Of a stretch of 64,000 nucleotides of DNA, positions 36,701 to 49,230 are shown piece by piece. How positions within the stretch are numbered: position 1 is the first letter of the stretch; every line of letters starts with the position of its first letter. The position numbers and the translations under genes are program-made. The stretch is taken from the NCBI GenBank assembly GCA_002633005.1, contig NMRA01000669.1, positions 78,396 to 142,395 of the forward strand. The letters are read 5' to 3'. The notes beneath the pieces were generated by a model. It was not told where the DNA came from. It saw only the letters and a program-made list of their open reading frames with translations, and made no database searches. Origin of the DNA: Phoronis australis. Taxonomy: Eukaryota; Animalia; Phoronida.

Positions 36701-39700
36701 CACTGTCTGCTTTTTCGTCTGGAACACTTACATGCAATATTGTCACACAGTTTCACTGCACTTCTGGAATAGCGTAGGCTGCTGCTAATAAATGAACATA
36801 TACATTTAGATGCAAAGCAGTTTGTCAGAACCAATACGTGGCTGCATATAGTGTAGCGAGAAATTTTATCCCATACGTGTTGAATCAGTCAAGTGCATGT
36901 AATATTGTTTTCCGTATTCACCTCCAGCACTACATTAACAGTGCTCTCTGACATGGCAATTTCAAAAGGTAGGTTAATGTCGACATGACGTCGTTAGCCG
37001 GTTCGATCATCAAACTTCGTTCCCGTAATAGTTTACAATTGCAGCAGTATAAATAACAGTCAACATGCAATCAGGTCCCAAACGTAACATCTAGAACAAA
37101 ACTGTTAATTACATGTATGTCATACTTCTGTCTCAGTTTTCAATTGCTAAATATTACAGCGTCTGCAAATTAGGCGCCTTTTTCTCGGTAGCTACAATAT
37201 CAAATATTGTTATTTAACTATTTTTAGGAAATGTTATACATTCAATGCACAATTACCGTTGTTTTCATCTGTGTTATCTCTTTTCAAGTAATAAATTGTT
37301 ACATTTCAAACTTTCTTTTACTAGATAAAACTTGTTACCTAACGCGCAAGTTCTTACATGCTATAGGATGTGACCCGCCACATGAACAGTCTGGGTGAAT
37401 TATTTTTAAAAATCTGCCGAAAAATGAAAGAAACTGAGGAATTCGGCCTCAGTCCATACGCGAAATAATGTCTCGTGGGATATCAGTTCATCTACGCCAA
37501 TCGAGGTACGTTTTGTGTATATATTTTACGCACTAATACAAAATACGCAGTTCTTTCATGTAAGGATCCACCAACAACCTCTAATGTGTAACCAACCTTA
37601 CCTGACTGTCCAAGCCTAGGAGAAGCAGCATCAAAAAGAACAGAATCGCCCATAGAGGAGACACTGGGAGTCGAGAGACCACCTCCGGGTATGCAACGAA
37701 GGCCAGACCAGATCCTGAATGATCAGTGCAAAAACATTATACACACACACAACTCAGAAACGGTGACAGCAGATTAACGCTTTCATCAGTGGCCTACTGT
37801 ACATTACAGAACAATTGAATTAAACCCAGTCTTGTATGTTAACTGGGTGTAAGATTCTGACAATTTCTTGACAAAATAAATAAAAGTAAAGGTTAAAGTT
37901 AAAGGCCAAGTATGGTGCCAAAATGACTATTTTTACATCTAAAATACATTTATTGATGAAAAACATAAAATTACTGTGCCATAGCATACCTCAGTCGTTA
38001 ATTAAGTAGGCCTTCGACAATACAGTAGCCCCATCACGAACCCCGTTTAGCGCCAAAAAATCTTGAGACGGCGCTTGCTCTAACCGAAGTCTATAACATC
38101 ATTGTTACAACGAATTTGGCTTTCACCGTGTCTCCAGAGTATTGGAATCAGAGATGACTCGCCATTTATTTTAGTGTAAAATCCGTGGAAAATCAAGGAA
38201 ACACATTAATTTTTCATTTCATGTCAGTTAATATTAAAAGTAATCAAATTCACTACCTTTAAAATTTGTATTCAATTATTTAGCACACATTCGAATACGG
38301 GCTCGTATGGGAATCCCCGGGAGTGTGACTGGTGCCGTCGAAACAGCCGGAAAAAACAAAAGGCTTCGTCTGAATTGTTATCAGCCATTTCAGTGTTTAT
38401 TATAAAGTGTAATGTGTTTGATATAAAAACTTTGATGTTCGTAACTTTCCATCCATGTCTTTTTGAAGCCGAAGGTGTGAACGCTGCGCGATTCCAATAC
38501 GGACGGCTGTCGAGTGTGTCCTGTTTGGGTATAGGCAACAGGCCATTTAATTTGGTGCAAAATACTTGGAAACGTCACAGCATATATCAGCATGATCTTT
38601 TCGTACAATGCAATATTCAAATTCATTTAAAATTTTATATTAAAAACTCAATTTTCAAAATAAGTTGCCTTGAAACGCCGCCATTTTGACTGGGTCAAGC
38701 TCAAAAAATTGAAAATTTAATAGCAACACAACATTGTGCGTGTCTGCAATAAATTAAAACTGCATTGCATGAAAACATACCCAATCATAAGAATTTGTAA
38801 TCAATTGAACGTTTTAAATTCAGTATCAGAATTCCGTTAGGGCTACGGGAACGACCCAAATCAGACAGAATATTCCGGATTCCCTATACTCTGGGCCGGA
38901 ACAGTGACACGAAACGTCGAAGGGCACACTGCAGATTTTTTGTAGCCAACCAGCTAGCTGTTTGAAGACTATCGCCAAAATACAGCTAGGTAACACTGTA
39001 ACTTGAGCTCTGTTAAACCCTAGACTATAGACCCTATCACGAAATTTCATGCAGAGCCAACGACCGACGGCCGGGGTGCATGCAAAATCTGGGAGACAAC
39101 TCGGACACTCACCTTGCCCGTTCAGTGCGAGTCGTTTAAGGGAAGAATAATCTAATAAACGTCATTTTCTAGCATTACTCTCTGCCTTTTGAGTTTTGTA
39201 ACAAAGAAAGTCTGTTGTCGTTTTGAAAACAGTACGCTCGTGAAACGCGCACGCGCCGTACTAAAATTTTGCGATTACTTTTGGGACATGATAACAGCTT
39301 CGCAGCAATAAAGCTTGTTCTAAATTCGGTTTGCTGGTCTTAAAAATGCTAATAACTTGTAACAAAATGAGACCAGATCCGACAATTTGTTGTGACAGTA
39401 CGCAACCTCGTGGCAGCAAAGAACAGTTGATAGAAGAATAAACCGAGGAAAAGAAACTGTTCAGGTCAGGTGACGTAATCGCCAAACGACCACTCCCAAG
39501 AGCGCACTTCAATTTTAGCAGTAGATGAGCGGTAGAATGATAATTCTTCCAACACCGGTAATAATTTGGTTTACTCAAAGAGCGGTGCAGCTTTTAATGA
39601 CACTACTTCTGCGACAGATTTTATCTTTTTACCCACATCGACGCGAAGCTGCATCTTTGCGCAGGCTCTTTTGGGATGACCCTTCCGCTTTGCTCCAGCT

Positions 39701-42700
39701 TGGCGTTAAGACGTATGGCTGACATGGAGTACAACTTGCTCTACTATACAAACGGATGACAAAAAGTTGTCACGTGGTGTCTGTTTGGACACTGTCAGTT
39801 CTGTTTACACACACATTCTTGCACGTCCTCATCTCGTTTCGTGTCAGCTGATTCGTGTCAATTTTGTGGTGTAAACGGGATTTAAACCCTGAGTAAATTT
39901 GCCTCAGCATTGTTAACTACTGAAGACGATCTGCCAAATGCTGCTTTCAAGTATCATATTCCAGTACAGTCTCCATACCAAACTTAAAAAACAATGTTTT
40001 GTAGTTTATTGTGTTTAAAACTTCACACTGAGACCAGAAGATAGCAAGAAAAACGAGATCACGAATGAAACATATAGTATTTCGTGAGCATGCTCGAGAC
40101 TTAGCAAATTGGCGGACACTGAAATGAGGTGAGGTGGCAATGTTGATTTCACCGTTTTGGTTTCATTCGCGATTTTGCGCCACAAGTGCAAGACAATGTC
40201 TTGCGTCAGTCGAACGAAGCCCAATTTTAGCCATGGAGACGTTTCTTTTTCAAGCCAGTTCCTTAAAGGTGTTGAACTCTAAAAACAGATATTATGGCTT
40301 ATACGCGTATAATAGCTTAAGCAGCACTTACCCGAAGCAACGACATCCTTGACTTCTTTTCCAAGTTCCTTAGCCATGAAACCAAGGATAGAGAATACCA
40401 CAAATCCGGCAAAGAAGCTCGTAAGACAGTTACCAAGGGCAACAATGAGAGTGTCCCTAAGGAGAGACAAAGGGTAGCACGTGGAATGAAGGTTAATTTC
40501 CACTTCGAAGTACAAGTTTCTCTGAGTGAAGAAGTCTGCGGTACTGGCATTGTAAACGCAAACTGAGTCTAATCTCTTGATTGTGATTGGAATAAATGTC
40601 CAGAGGTCTGTTTCTTGAAAGTGACGTCAGACTTAAGGCAGAAATGTGGACGTCTTACTTTCCCACTTCACAATTATTGAAACAATGCCAAGTAATTATG
40701 TGCGCATCAAAGACTAAAAAAATAGTAATGATCTCAGATACATGTAGTTGCATGTATATTCTGAGAATTTCTCAGACATTCACGTTTGTTCAAATGTGAT
40801 TTAATTGTTATTCAATCACATATAGGGAGCGTAAGACCGGAGTTCTGACTTGAAAGTCTTATGTTACTTTTCATGAAACAGTCAGCTGGTTACTATGGCT
40901 ACCACACCAGCAGAGTCCTCTTTCGAACCAACCTGTCTTAAGGAACAGGAATGTTTGATTTCTGATTACTTTTCATGTCAATCCTTAACTCCTTAATAGA
41001 AAGTCTTTAAATTGCAATAAGCAGTTTAAGATAGTAACGTAGCATATACCTGCAACTTGTGTATGGACCCAGTGGCGGATTTAGATGGGGGCCAAGGAGG
41101 CCATGGTCCACCCTAAAATTCTCCAAGATTCCATGTGGCAGTTCGGGTGTGTGCATTTCTGACGGGGCAAAATCCTGGCTAATACTCTGCCCTGGCCCCA
41201 CCTAACTCAAAATCCTGGATCCGCCCCTGGGACCATTGTGTTATAGCATATGTTAATTCAATGATATTACATTTGCTATAGTTACAGGCCACGCTCAAAG
41301 TCCCAATGGGGGACTAAGTAGAATTTCACCCCAGCAGTTGAAACACATGCACACCTGCAACTGCCACAGGCTGGCTCACCTAAGTACGTTATTGTGAAAC
41401 TTGTTGTAGCTGGAGAACGTCATGAGGCCTCCCATACCAACACTCAACGAGAAGAAGATTTGACCGGCTGCGTCAGCCCAGACCTGAAACGTTACCATTA
41501 AGGAACTGTATTTCATGCCAAAAGGTATATACTCCTCGCAGGAAACACGACAAACCACCATTTTTTCGAAATAAAACGACAGATGGTGTCAACACAAAAC
41601 CTCTGACATAGGCCTGTAATGGTCATACAATACAGCAAAATTCACTCTTAAATAGTTGATGAAGTGACAGGAGCAATCAGTCGCTATGAGCAAATGTATG
41701 TCTTCCTCTCTAACATTAGGCAGTGAAAGTGAATTTCCCCGTTGCGGCCGGAACACTGCATTTGGAGACTCGTTTTACCAGGGACTTGTTCAGCCTCGTT
41801 TGATCTTGGAGAATTTTGCAGAAATTATTTTCGAACTCGATCACAATACCCAGATATGCGGGTTTTGTATACAGACAGAATAATGCGGACAAAGTGTCGT
41901 GAACCTACCTTTGGCTCTGCCAGTTTCTCCCACTTGGGAATAAGGTAGAATTTAACTCCTTCGCCAGCACCATCCAACGTGACTCCACGGAAAAACAGAA
42001 TGACTAGTACGAGATACGGGAAAGTTGCAGTGAAGTAGACAGCCTGAAACAGGACAGATCGAAAACCTAGGTGTATATGTAATGTACGGCGTATTCTAAG
42101 TACCTGGGTCAATCATCTTGTTTTGAAGTATCTATTCAGCAAAACATGACGAGGAGGCAGTGTGGCCTAGCGGGATCAGTGTCGACTTCCTTATCTCAAG
42201 GTTGTGGGTTCGAGTCCCACTGCAGCACACTGCTTGGCCCTGGCTTGAATCAACATTGGCGGATCCAGGGGGGTCACGGTGGTCCGGACCCCTTCTTTTT
42301 TCTCTTGATTTTAGTGATATCATATCTAGAATTTTTGACTTGGACCCTTTTTTAAACAAATCTTTGATCTCCATTTTAAAAAACTTGGACCCGCCCCTAA
42401 GGTCAGACCTCTAGCTTTTCGGCTCTTCAGATTGGTTTAACCTATATATTAATGAAGCATGAGAATGGTTCCAGGTGATCAGTGCAATGGGTCCACTTGA
42501 GCGACCTGCGCATGACTGGTACAATTTAGAGGTAACCAGACCATCTCCAATTATTTTTTAACATAATACAAGCCTTTAATAAATCATCACAGGGGGACAA
42601 ACCGAATTCAAATTATTACCGAGTTGCCAAAAACTTTCGAACAGAAACATTACATTTGTGCCCAACCTTGCACAACTCCTTCAACAAAGAATATTCAGTC

Positions 42701-45700
42701 AAAATAAAGCAGTCCATTAGCGTATGCTATCTATTGGAATTTTTTAGTTTGTTCCACGAATCATGCATCGAACTTCAATAGTTCGAGTTATGACAAACAT
42801 GGCGTTTTTCCTGAGATGAACTAAGCGTGAGCCTTACCTGGTTGCTCAAATTTATGAAGTCTCTCATAAACATAAAATAGTGTTACAAAAGTTCCACTGA
42901 ACCATTTCGAAGACTGTGCTAAGTTTCCGCAGTTTTCATTCTTTCTTTAGCAAAAGACACCCATCTGTCCCTATGCTTCATTTCGCATTACCTTTCCCGA
43001 CGACTTGATTCCCTTTATAATGCACAGGAAGCAGAGAACCCAAGCTAACAGAAGAACAAGACAGAGTTCCCATTTCAATCCGCCCATGTCCTCGATGCTG
43101 TCTGTACGGTCCAGCATTCTTCGGCTGTATAAAGAGAATACACGTTAGCCTAAATTTAGTGTAACCATTCACCACACGCAGCAGCACTTGCAACAATGGA
43201 AGTACCGGTATTAGGGTGGCGTTCAGCAGACGCAAGACATTCTCGAATAAAGCTATTGTAATCAAGTAATTTGCTTATAATGTATATATCTCGCGAAGAC
43301 TTGCATGATCTGACCTTTCGTGAGTTTCATGCGACCAGGAAATCAGCTCAGGGTTACAACCCACAAGGCCAGTTTGTTGAGAGCTTAGCGAGAACGCGAG
43401 AGACTTCAACGAGATGTCGCCACGCCCCACATGCAAGCAAGAGGTTCACTAGGTCTCAGTAGGATTCACTCTCGATGGTCACGCGTTACGGAACGGGAAT
43501 GCAGCTCCGGAACTCTACTAGTGATTGACATCTGGTTACAACATTTGCATGCAAGGTTACTGCGCCGACTGAAATCTACTTGCTGAAATCGACGTAAACG
43601 TCGTAGGGTAAAGCATATATAACGCCAATCTTTTTAGCAATTAAGTTCACTAAAAGAAAGAAGCAGAAAACAGTGCAAAAAATACACTTAAAATTGAGTA
43701 AAATAATTGTAGTATTTGTACACTTAAGTAAAATCATTTATACATTATCAATACACATTAAATTGCCTATCGACAGGTTACATTGACATGTCGTAAACAA
43801 GAAAACACCATAGATTTGTAGCCCTAGAGTCCTGTGATAACATCAGTAAACGACAATATAGAAATGACCTGTCTTTTTTCATCTTACTCACTTGAAATAC
43901 TCTTCAGACGGCGACACAAGAGATTTGGAAGCAGTAAGGTTTTCCTTCAATGCCGTGTAGTTTATTCCAGCCTGCATAGTCTCGTTGATGCACTTCCGGT
44001 ACAGCCAGATACTTCCGGTGGGTACAGTTTTGTTCACGAACTCGCACACATCTGCTTCTCGTTTACTCCAGCAGTCTAAAGAAACATAACGCTCGTTAAA
44101 AGAAGACATGTCACTCGCTCTTTAGTTCAAGAACGATGCAGAACGCGAACTATCGCAAATACATCGGATTTTGATGTCAAGTTCGGCTCACAGCATACGT
44201 TACTTCCATAAGTCACTGGTTATAACTTGTAATCACCCAGCTTGCACATGGATTTGAATTTTGAGTCACAATTGGAATCGTACCTAACCAAACCTGTTAG
44301 ATGTTAAAACTTTAATGATATTATTGTCACGACATGTGCTTAGTTCATCACGTCTACCATAACACAAATTGGTCGGTGGGTATATTCTTGTCGTGTAGTC
44401 GGTTGGAAGTGTATATCCTGGCCATGAAGTCCGTTGGAAGTGTCTATCCTGCTCATGCAGTCAGAAGTGCCTGTGTATCCTGGTCACGTAGTCAGTTGGA
44501 AGTGTGTGGCATGGTCATGTAGTCAGTTGGAAATGTGCATCCTGGTCATGAATTCAGTTGGAAATGAGTATGCTGGCCATATAATGAGTTCGAAGTGTAT
44601 ACCCTGGTCATGTAGTCAGTTGGCATCTTAGTTTGTCATGGTCGTGTTGTCATTTGGCGGGGTGTGTCCAGGTCATGTAGTCAGCTGGAAGTGTGTATCC
44701 TGGTCATACTGTATACTCAGGGAGCGTGTAACCTGGTCATGTAGTGATTTGGAAGCCTGTGCCCCGGACAAGTAGCCAGGAGGAAGCATGTCCTGGTCAT
44801 GTGCGTTCTGTTGGCATTGTGTGTCCTGGTTAGGCCTACGTATTGAGCTGGCAATGTGTAGCCTGATAGCAAATGATCAAGAATATTATTTTATTCTTAA
44901 CGGGCGCAGTGACTTTATACCCAATGAATGTTCACGTAGTCATTTGGAATCAAATCGAACCACTTGCACAGTGAGTTTTAATAAAACGAATATCTGGTGT
45001 CAATCTTTAAAAACGTTTGCAGTGTCACGCAATACTTCGCTACGGTAGGTTTAACCCCAATTATTGATTTGGGTCTAAAACCACTCGTGCGTCCACTTGC
45101 CACACAGCTTACGTATGTACGTGCTCTCACGTGCGTGCGCATGGCGGTTTGTGTGTGTGGCTGTAAAAAGAGGGTGGTGTGTAGCTGAACCTGTCAAAAA
45201 TTTCATTTCTACTATTCAGGGCCCAGGGATAGACAAGATTTCCCATATGGAGTTGCTTTACCTTGTGCTGTTGTTCTGAGGGAGCCAAGAATGACTGAGT
45301 AAAAATAAAATGTTTTAGATTTAGCCGAATATAAAGACCTCGACTTTATCAAAGGTGATCAAACCTTGTCTTCCGTTTCCTTATGTTATCTTGAAGTCGT
45401 CGAAACAAACATGTATGCCTATGGTGTTTTTACAAAGCCAAAGTTCAATCTGCAACAATTTACAGAGATATAGTGTTGTGTATATAAAGCTTTTTGTAAA
45501 CAGTTTATGCAAATACGTCGCATACTTCCTCAAAGATTTGTCGTCCGCAACTATTTTCAGGAAAGTACACGTTCTCCGTCTTCGTTTGTAGAACTAATTA
45601 TGCGCTGTGCCTAGCACAACTACCAAATCTTGATCATCTCGTTGGGAATGTTGTCGATTTGAAGGCGTTTTAGGGCAATCTGGCATATTGTGCTTGATCT

Positions 45701-48700
45701 GGGAGGTATTTTGACACTTTCAATCGTTTTTTTTCATAAAAACGAAATAAATAACTTGGAAGTTTGATGCTGTAAGTCACACAATGCAAACACTGCGTCT
45801 ATTGTGCGAATGAGTAGTTATAACGTGTAATATGTCTGTTTCAGACATCATTGCTCAAGTTAGAAAACAAAGTATTATATTCAGGGGCTGAGACTGAAAA
45901 TAGAAAACCGTCCCAGAAAAGGCAGAGAACATGGATCATCCGACATTCTTTGAACTGGCCCTTTGTGTTACGCTACGGGTTTGAAAAAACTATTGTTAGT
46001 CAATTCATTTCAGGAGAGATTGAAATGGATGTTATAGTACAGAAAACGCCTCACGGTCTTTACGATCGTGGAAAAGTTGGTCATTGTGAGCAGTTCTTGA
46101 AAGGCGCACGCACACCAGAAACAGGTTTACTTACTATCTGTATTCCAGGGGTTAAAACAGCCCACCCAGGGAAGGTCTGATGTGAAGCTGGCAAACATGT
46201 AGTAGAGGGACCAGGCTATTATCATGTTGTAATATATGCTGCCCAGGAATGAAATAATCACCATCCCAGCTCCCACGCCTGAAAAAGACAAAGAGAACAA
46301 AGTCGAAATGTAGAGCAATTCACTGAAACGTGATTGACACTAAGAGAATCGTTTACCAAACAGCTGGGAACTAATTAAAGACGAATTTCTAATGAACATT
46401 GGCACGTCAGATGCTTTGTACGTACTTCGTAATGTAGAATCTCTGGCGCCAAATAAAGTTAGTAATGTCAACCTCCTGACTTAGCAATGTACAAATGCTG
46501 TTAAAGTGGTGATTCGTGCGCAGTTTTTTATGAACGGAATTTCAATAAGTGGATTAATAATGGAACGTAAGGTCAACCATTCTGAAACAGCTAAAAACAA
46601 GTCTAAACCGCAGAATGAAATCTGGCCAGGGGTCTGTTTCATTAAAATTTTTTTAAGACAAAAAATTGGTTTCATGCTCTCACTTCACAACTGGTGAATA
46701 AAGGTTTAGCCAATTCATCATGATCACAGCAGTCATATGGTGCATCAAGAAGAAGATTCTAGAAATTATCTCGGTAACTATCAGTTGTGTGACGTCGTCT
46801 CAGCGACTTCGCACTTTTGCTCAAGTCAGGCATACATCACTGATTTTTGTTATTTTCGATAGAAATGAGTCAGTTTACCTTGAAATAGAGGACAGCATTC
46901 GAAGACAGTCATAGGTCCCTCGGCTGCGTACTGCCCCATGGTAAGTTCGATAAAGAAGATTGGTAGTCCCACAAACGTCAACATGATGAAATACGGGATA
47001 AGAAATGCACCTAAAATTGTCGATAAAATGTATCTGAATAATGCTCACCGCAAAAGTTCTGAAAATTGACGAAAACTGTGATCTAACCACTGCGGCTAGT
47101 TTTCAAATGATTCGATGGTATTCACGTTTCGGTTACTTCAAAATTTTGCGACAACTTTGACAAATACTGAACAAAATTGCCAAAATTCCATCGATCGTTT
47201 TAAAACAAAAGGAATTGCCCCACTCTTAAAACAAATAATGCGTTTGGAGTTAAGGAAGAATCATACATCGGCTTGATAAACAAGTTTTAGTGAATTCAAA
47301 GGTTTCGAAATGTTCGCAGTTGACTTATATTTATATTGGTAATTGACACAACTTTCGTATTGACCACGAGGTGTCTCTTGTGAAACATGCGTGGACATGA
47401 GCTCCATTTCGTGACCAGCACTAGTCATTCACTACCATAAGTACATGCTGACTTCCGTGATAGGTATAAACTACTTTGGTATCTCTTCCGGCATCGTGAA
47501 TATTCATGATGCTGAATGCGTTAGTCTTTTTTCTTCTCTGAAGTTAATTCGTCTGTTGCGTGAGTTATCCTGAGCCACGCTTACATGTACATGTATCTAA
47601 TATTCAGAAGCCGTTCAGCCCTCTACCTCGATTATCAAAGCGGCTATAATCTCGCCTTGTACCACAAAAATCTGATTTAGACTACTTCCAGACATAAAAT
47701 TGGTATAAAATTGTTCCCTAATCAAATTCGACGGGATTTCCGAGGTTCAAAAGAACTGGCAGTTCGCTTTTGCCTGAAACCAGGCAATAAAATTCGACTT
47801 GTCAGTGGCGTGTTGTTTTATGCACCGAGCAGGAAATTAAGGAATAACGAACTGTCACCTCTTTGCAAACCCAGAAATCACTTCTTATCTGAGCAAGGAA
47901 GAAGTTGAGACCAATCTTCTAGCAGTGACCGATGTAAATAAAAATTCATTTTTTGGACAGAACGCGGGTTTTCCTCGTGGATACAGTGGATTGGTTGAAT
48001 CTTATCTATCGATAAATATAGATTATTACTTGGCGAAGCCGTTATCCCCCGTTATCTGGAGCCCGAGTGGATTTTGGAGTGTTATCGCCCGAGGGGCGTT
48101 AGCCCCGAGGGTGATAATTCTACAAAATCCATGAGAGCTCTAGATAAGGGGGTTAACGACTGAGAACATGTAATCTATTTATACCGCATACTGAACGAGA
48201 AACATTGCAATGAATCGATCCACCTTTCTCGACTCGCTTCGGCTTTGTAACTACTTTCTATGTCAGAGGCCCGGGGTCGGAGGTCGTGACCTTTTAAGAA
48301 AACCAGAGCTATTTTTATCAAATAATGCTATTACTCAAAACCAATTGAAAAATTGAACAAAATAGAAATTAAGTGAATCTATAAATTAAGGTTTAACAAC
48401 TATTATAGGTTACTACACATTTTATCACGCTAAGCTTCGACCGGGAAAATATCGTCTGCTATAGTAGGTTACCACTAGTAACTGAGTATAATGCTAAAGT
48501 CAAAGGATCACGACGACACGATACCGCATTCAAATTGGAGATCGGTGATTTACAAGTGAGAGAACACGAGAGAAAAAATTTTCACTGAATTAAAATATTG
48601 TTTTTATGGAAATTATGCGTCTTATTTTTCATAGCGTATAAATGTCGGTACAATGCCCTTGGCTGAACATGCGATTGATGCGCGTGCTCATTTAAGTATT

Positions 48701-49230
48701 CTATTTTCACGTTCGATGACGTCAGCCGCTGAGTGTAGTAGTAAAGTCGGCGACTCGAAACTCTTGATGCCAGGGTTCGAAACCGACCTCGGTTTCCCGC
48801 CAAAATGTTACCTCACTAGTGAGATGACTATATGGGTTATTACAGGGTTGTATCTGCCTTTCGAGGCTAATATTGTGGGATAAAATGAAGAACTTAAAAA
48901 TTCGGGGTCCAGCTCCCAGAATGAATACACTTTTCTTCTATGAGCATGCGCAAGTAAAGAAAACAATTAATTGACGGTTCATATAATCTCCCGTGTGTCT
49001 GCACGCAACGCTAGAAGGCACCACGCCCAGTGGCGAGATGCAAACTCACCGCCTCCATTACTGTAGCATAAGTACGGGAAACGCCACACGTTGCCTAAGC
49101 CTACAGCGTAACCGAGACAAGATAGGATGAACTCGGCCGACCCGCCCCACTGGCCTCTTTCTGTGTTTTCCTCCACCTCCAGGATATCATCTGTACTTTT
49201 ATGGAAGTCTACCGAACTGCCATCGGGAAC
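33529..49230 (-). CDS. SLC6: SLC6 Na+/Cl- dependent transporter (amino-acid branch, glycine/proline transporter-like); 13 coding exons, 658 aa, start exon upstream and not located
   Basis: All 12 introns are GT-AG with matching phases; exons total 1977 bp. Family motifs: [60 protein letters not shown]. Orthology within SLC6 is not assignable by eye. Confidence 0.95.
34497..34673 (-). CDS. SLC6 exon, TM12 (AILIANF...[12 protein letters not shown]...LGR)
   Basis: ttttag/gtaagg; phase 0-0. Confidence 0.92.
35457..35557 (-). CDS. SLC6 exon, TM11 ([12 protein letters not shown]...[10 protein letters not shown])
   Basis: gcgcag/gtaagt; phase 1-0. Confidence 0.92.
36241..36469 (-). CDS. SLC6 exon, TM8-TM10 ([13 protein letters not shown]...FPWVY)
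   Basis: ttgcag/gtgagg; phase 0-1. Confidence 0.93.
37602..37714 (-). CDS. SLC6 exon, EL4/TM8 ([37 protein letters not shown])
   Basis: Hand translated; attcag/gtaagg; phase 1-0. Confidence 0.93.
40332..40456 (-). CDS. SLC6 exon, TM7 ([28 protein letters not shown]...VVAS)
   Basis: ccttag/gtaagt; phase 2-1. Confidence 0.93.
41070..41229. mobile_element. MITE family A copy (intronic)
   Basis: cagtggcggat...atccgcccctg with a perfect 5-bp TSD ggacc. Confidence 0.9.
41380..41483 (-). CDS. SLC6 exon, TM6 ([32 protein letters not shown])
   Basis: tttcag/gtgagc; phase 0-2. Confidence 0.93.
41909..42043 (-). CDS. SLC6 exon, TM5 ([10 protein letters not shown]...AEPK)
   Basis: tttcag/gtaggt; phase 0-0. 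Confidence 0.93.
42155..42240 (+). mobile_element. tRNA-derived SINE head
   Basis: A box tggcctagcgg, B box ggttcgagtcc and a gcagtg/cactgc stem; the anticodon arm is degenerate. Confidence 0.6.
42254..42399. mobile_element. MITE related to family A
   Basis: cattggcggatccag...ttggacccgccccta termini; no TSD seen. Confidence 0.65.
42992..43124 (-). CDS. SLC6 exon, TM4 ([44 protein letters not shown])
   Basis: atacag/gtaatg; phase 2-0. Confidence 0.93.
43892..44075 (-). CDS. SLC6 exon, extracellular loop 2 (CWSKRE...SPSEEYF)
   Basis: ctttag/gtgagt; SPSEEYF motif; N-glycosylation sequons NKT, NET, NYT, NLT. Confidence 0.92.
44385..44830. repeat. Degenerate ~31-bp minisatellite, ~14 copies, in an SLC6 intron
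   Basis: Consensus cctggtcatgtagtcagttggaagtgtgtat at ~31-bp periodicity. Confidence 0.85.
46135..46278 (-). CDS. SLC6 exon, TM3 ([26 protein letters not shown]...WNTD)
   Basis: tttcag/gtaagt; phase 1-1. Confidence 0.93.
46879..47010 (-). CDS. SLC6 exon, TM2 ([43 protein letters not shown])
   Basis: Hand translated (absent from the ORF track); ttttag/gtaaac; phase 1-1. Confidence 0.93.
48012..48183. repeat. Long hairpin centred on cccgaggggcgttagccccgaggg
   Basis: Arms tagatta...ccc.ttatctggagc...tggattttg are mirrored by caaaatcca...gctctagataagggg...taatcta. Confidence 0.75.
49050..49230 (-). CDS. SLC6 exon, N-terminus/TM1 (VPDG...[36 protein letters not shown])
   Basis: tttctag acceptor, gtgagt donor, SNF family signature. 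Confidence 0.93.

Noticed and set aside
42155-42225. Functional tRNA gene
   Set aside because: A and B boxes are present but there is no convincing anticodon stem or T-run terminator. Called as a SINE head.
44385-44830. CRISPR or coding repeat
   Set aside because: Degenerate intronic minisatellite with no spacers; a 31-bp unit does not preserve frame.
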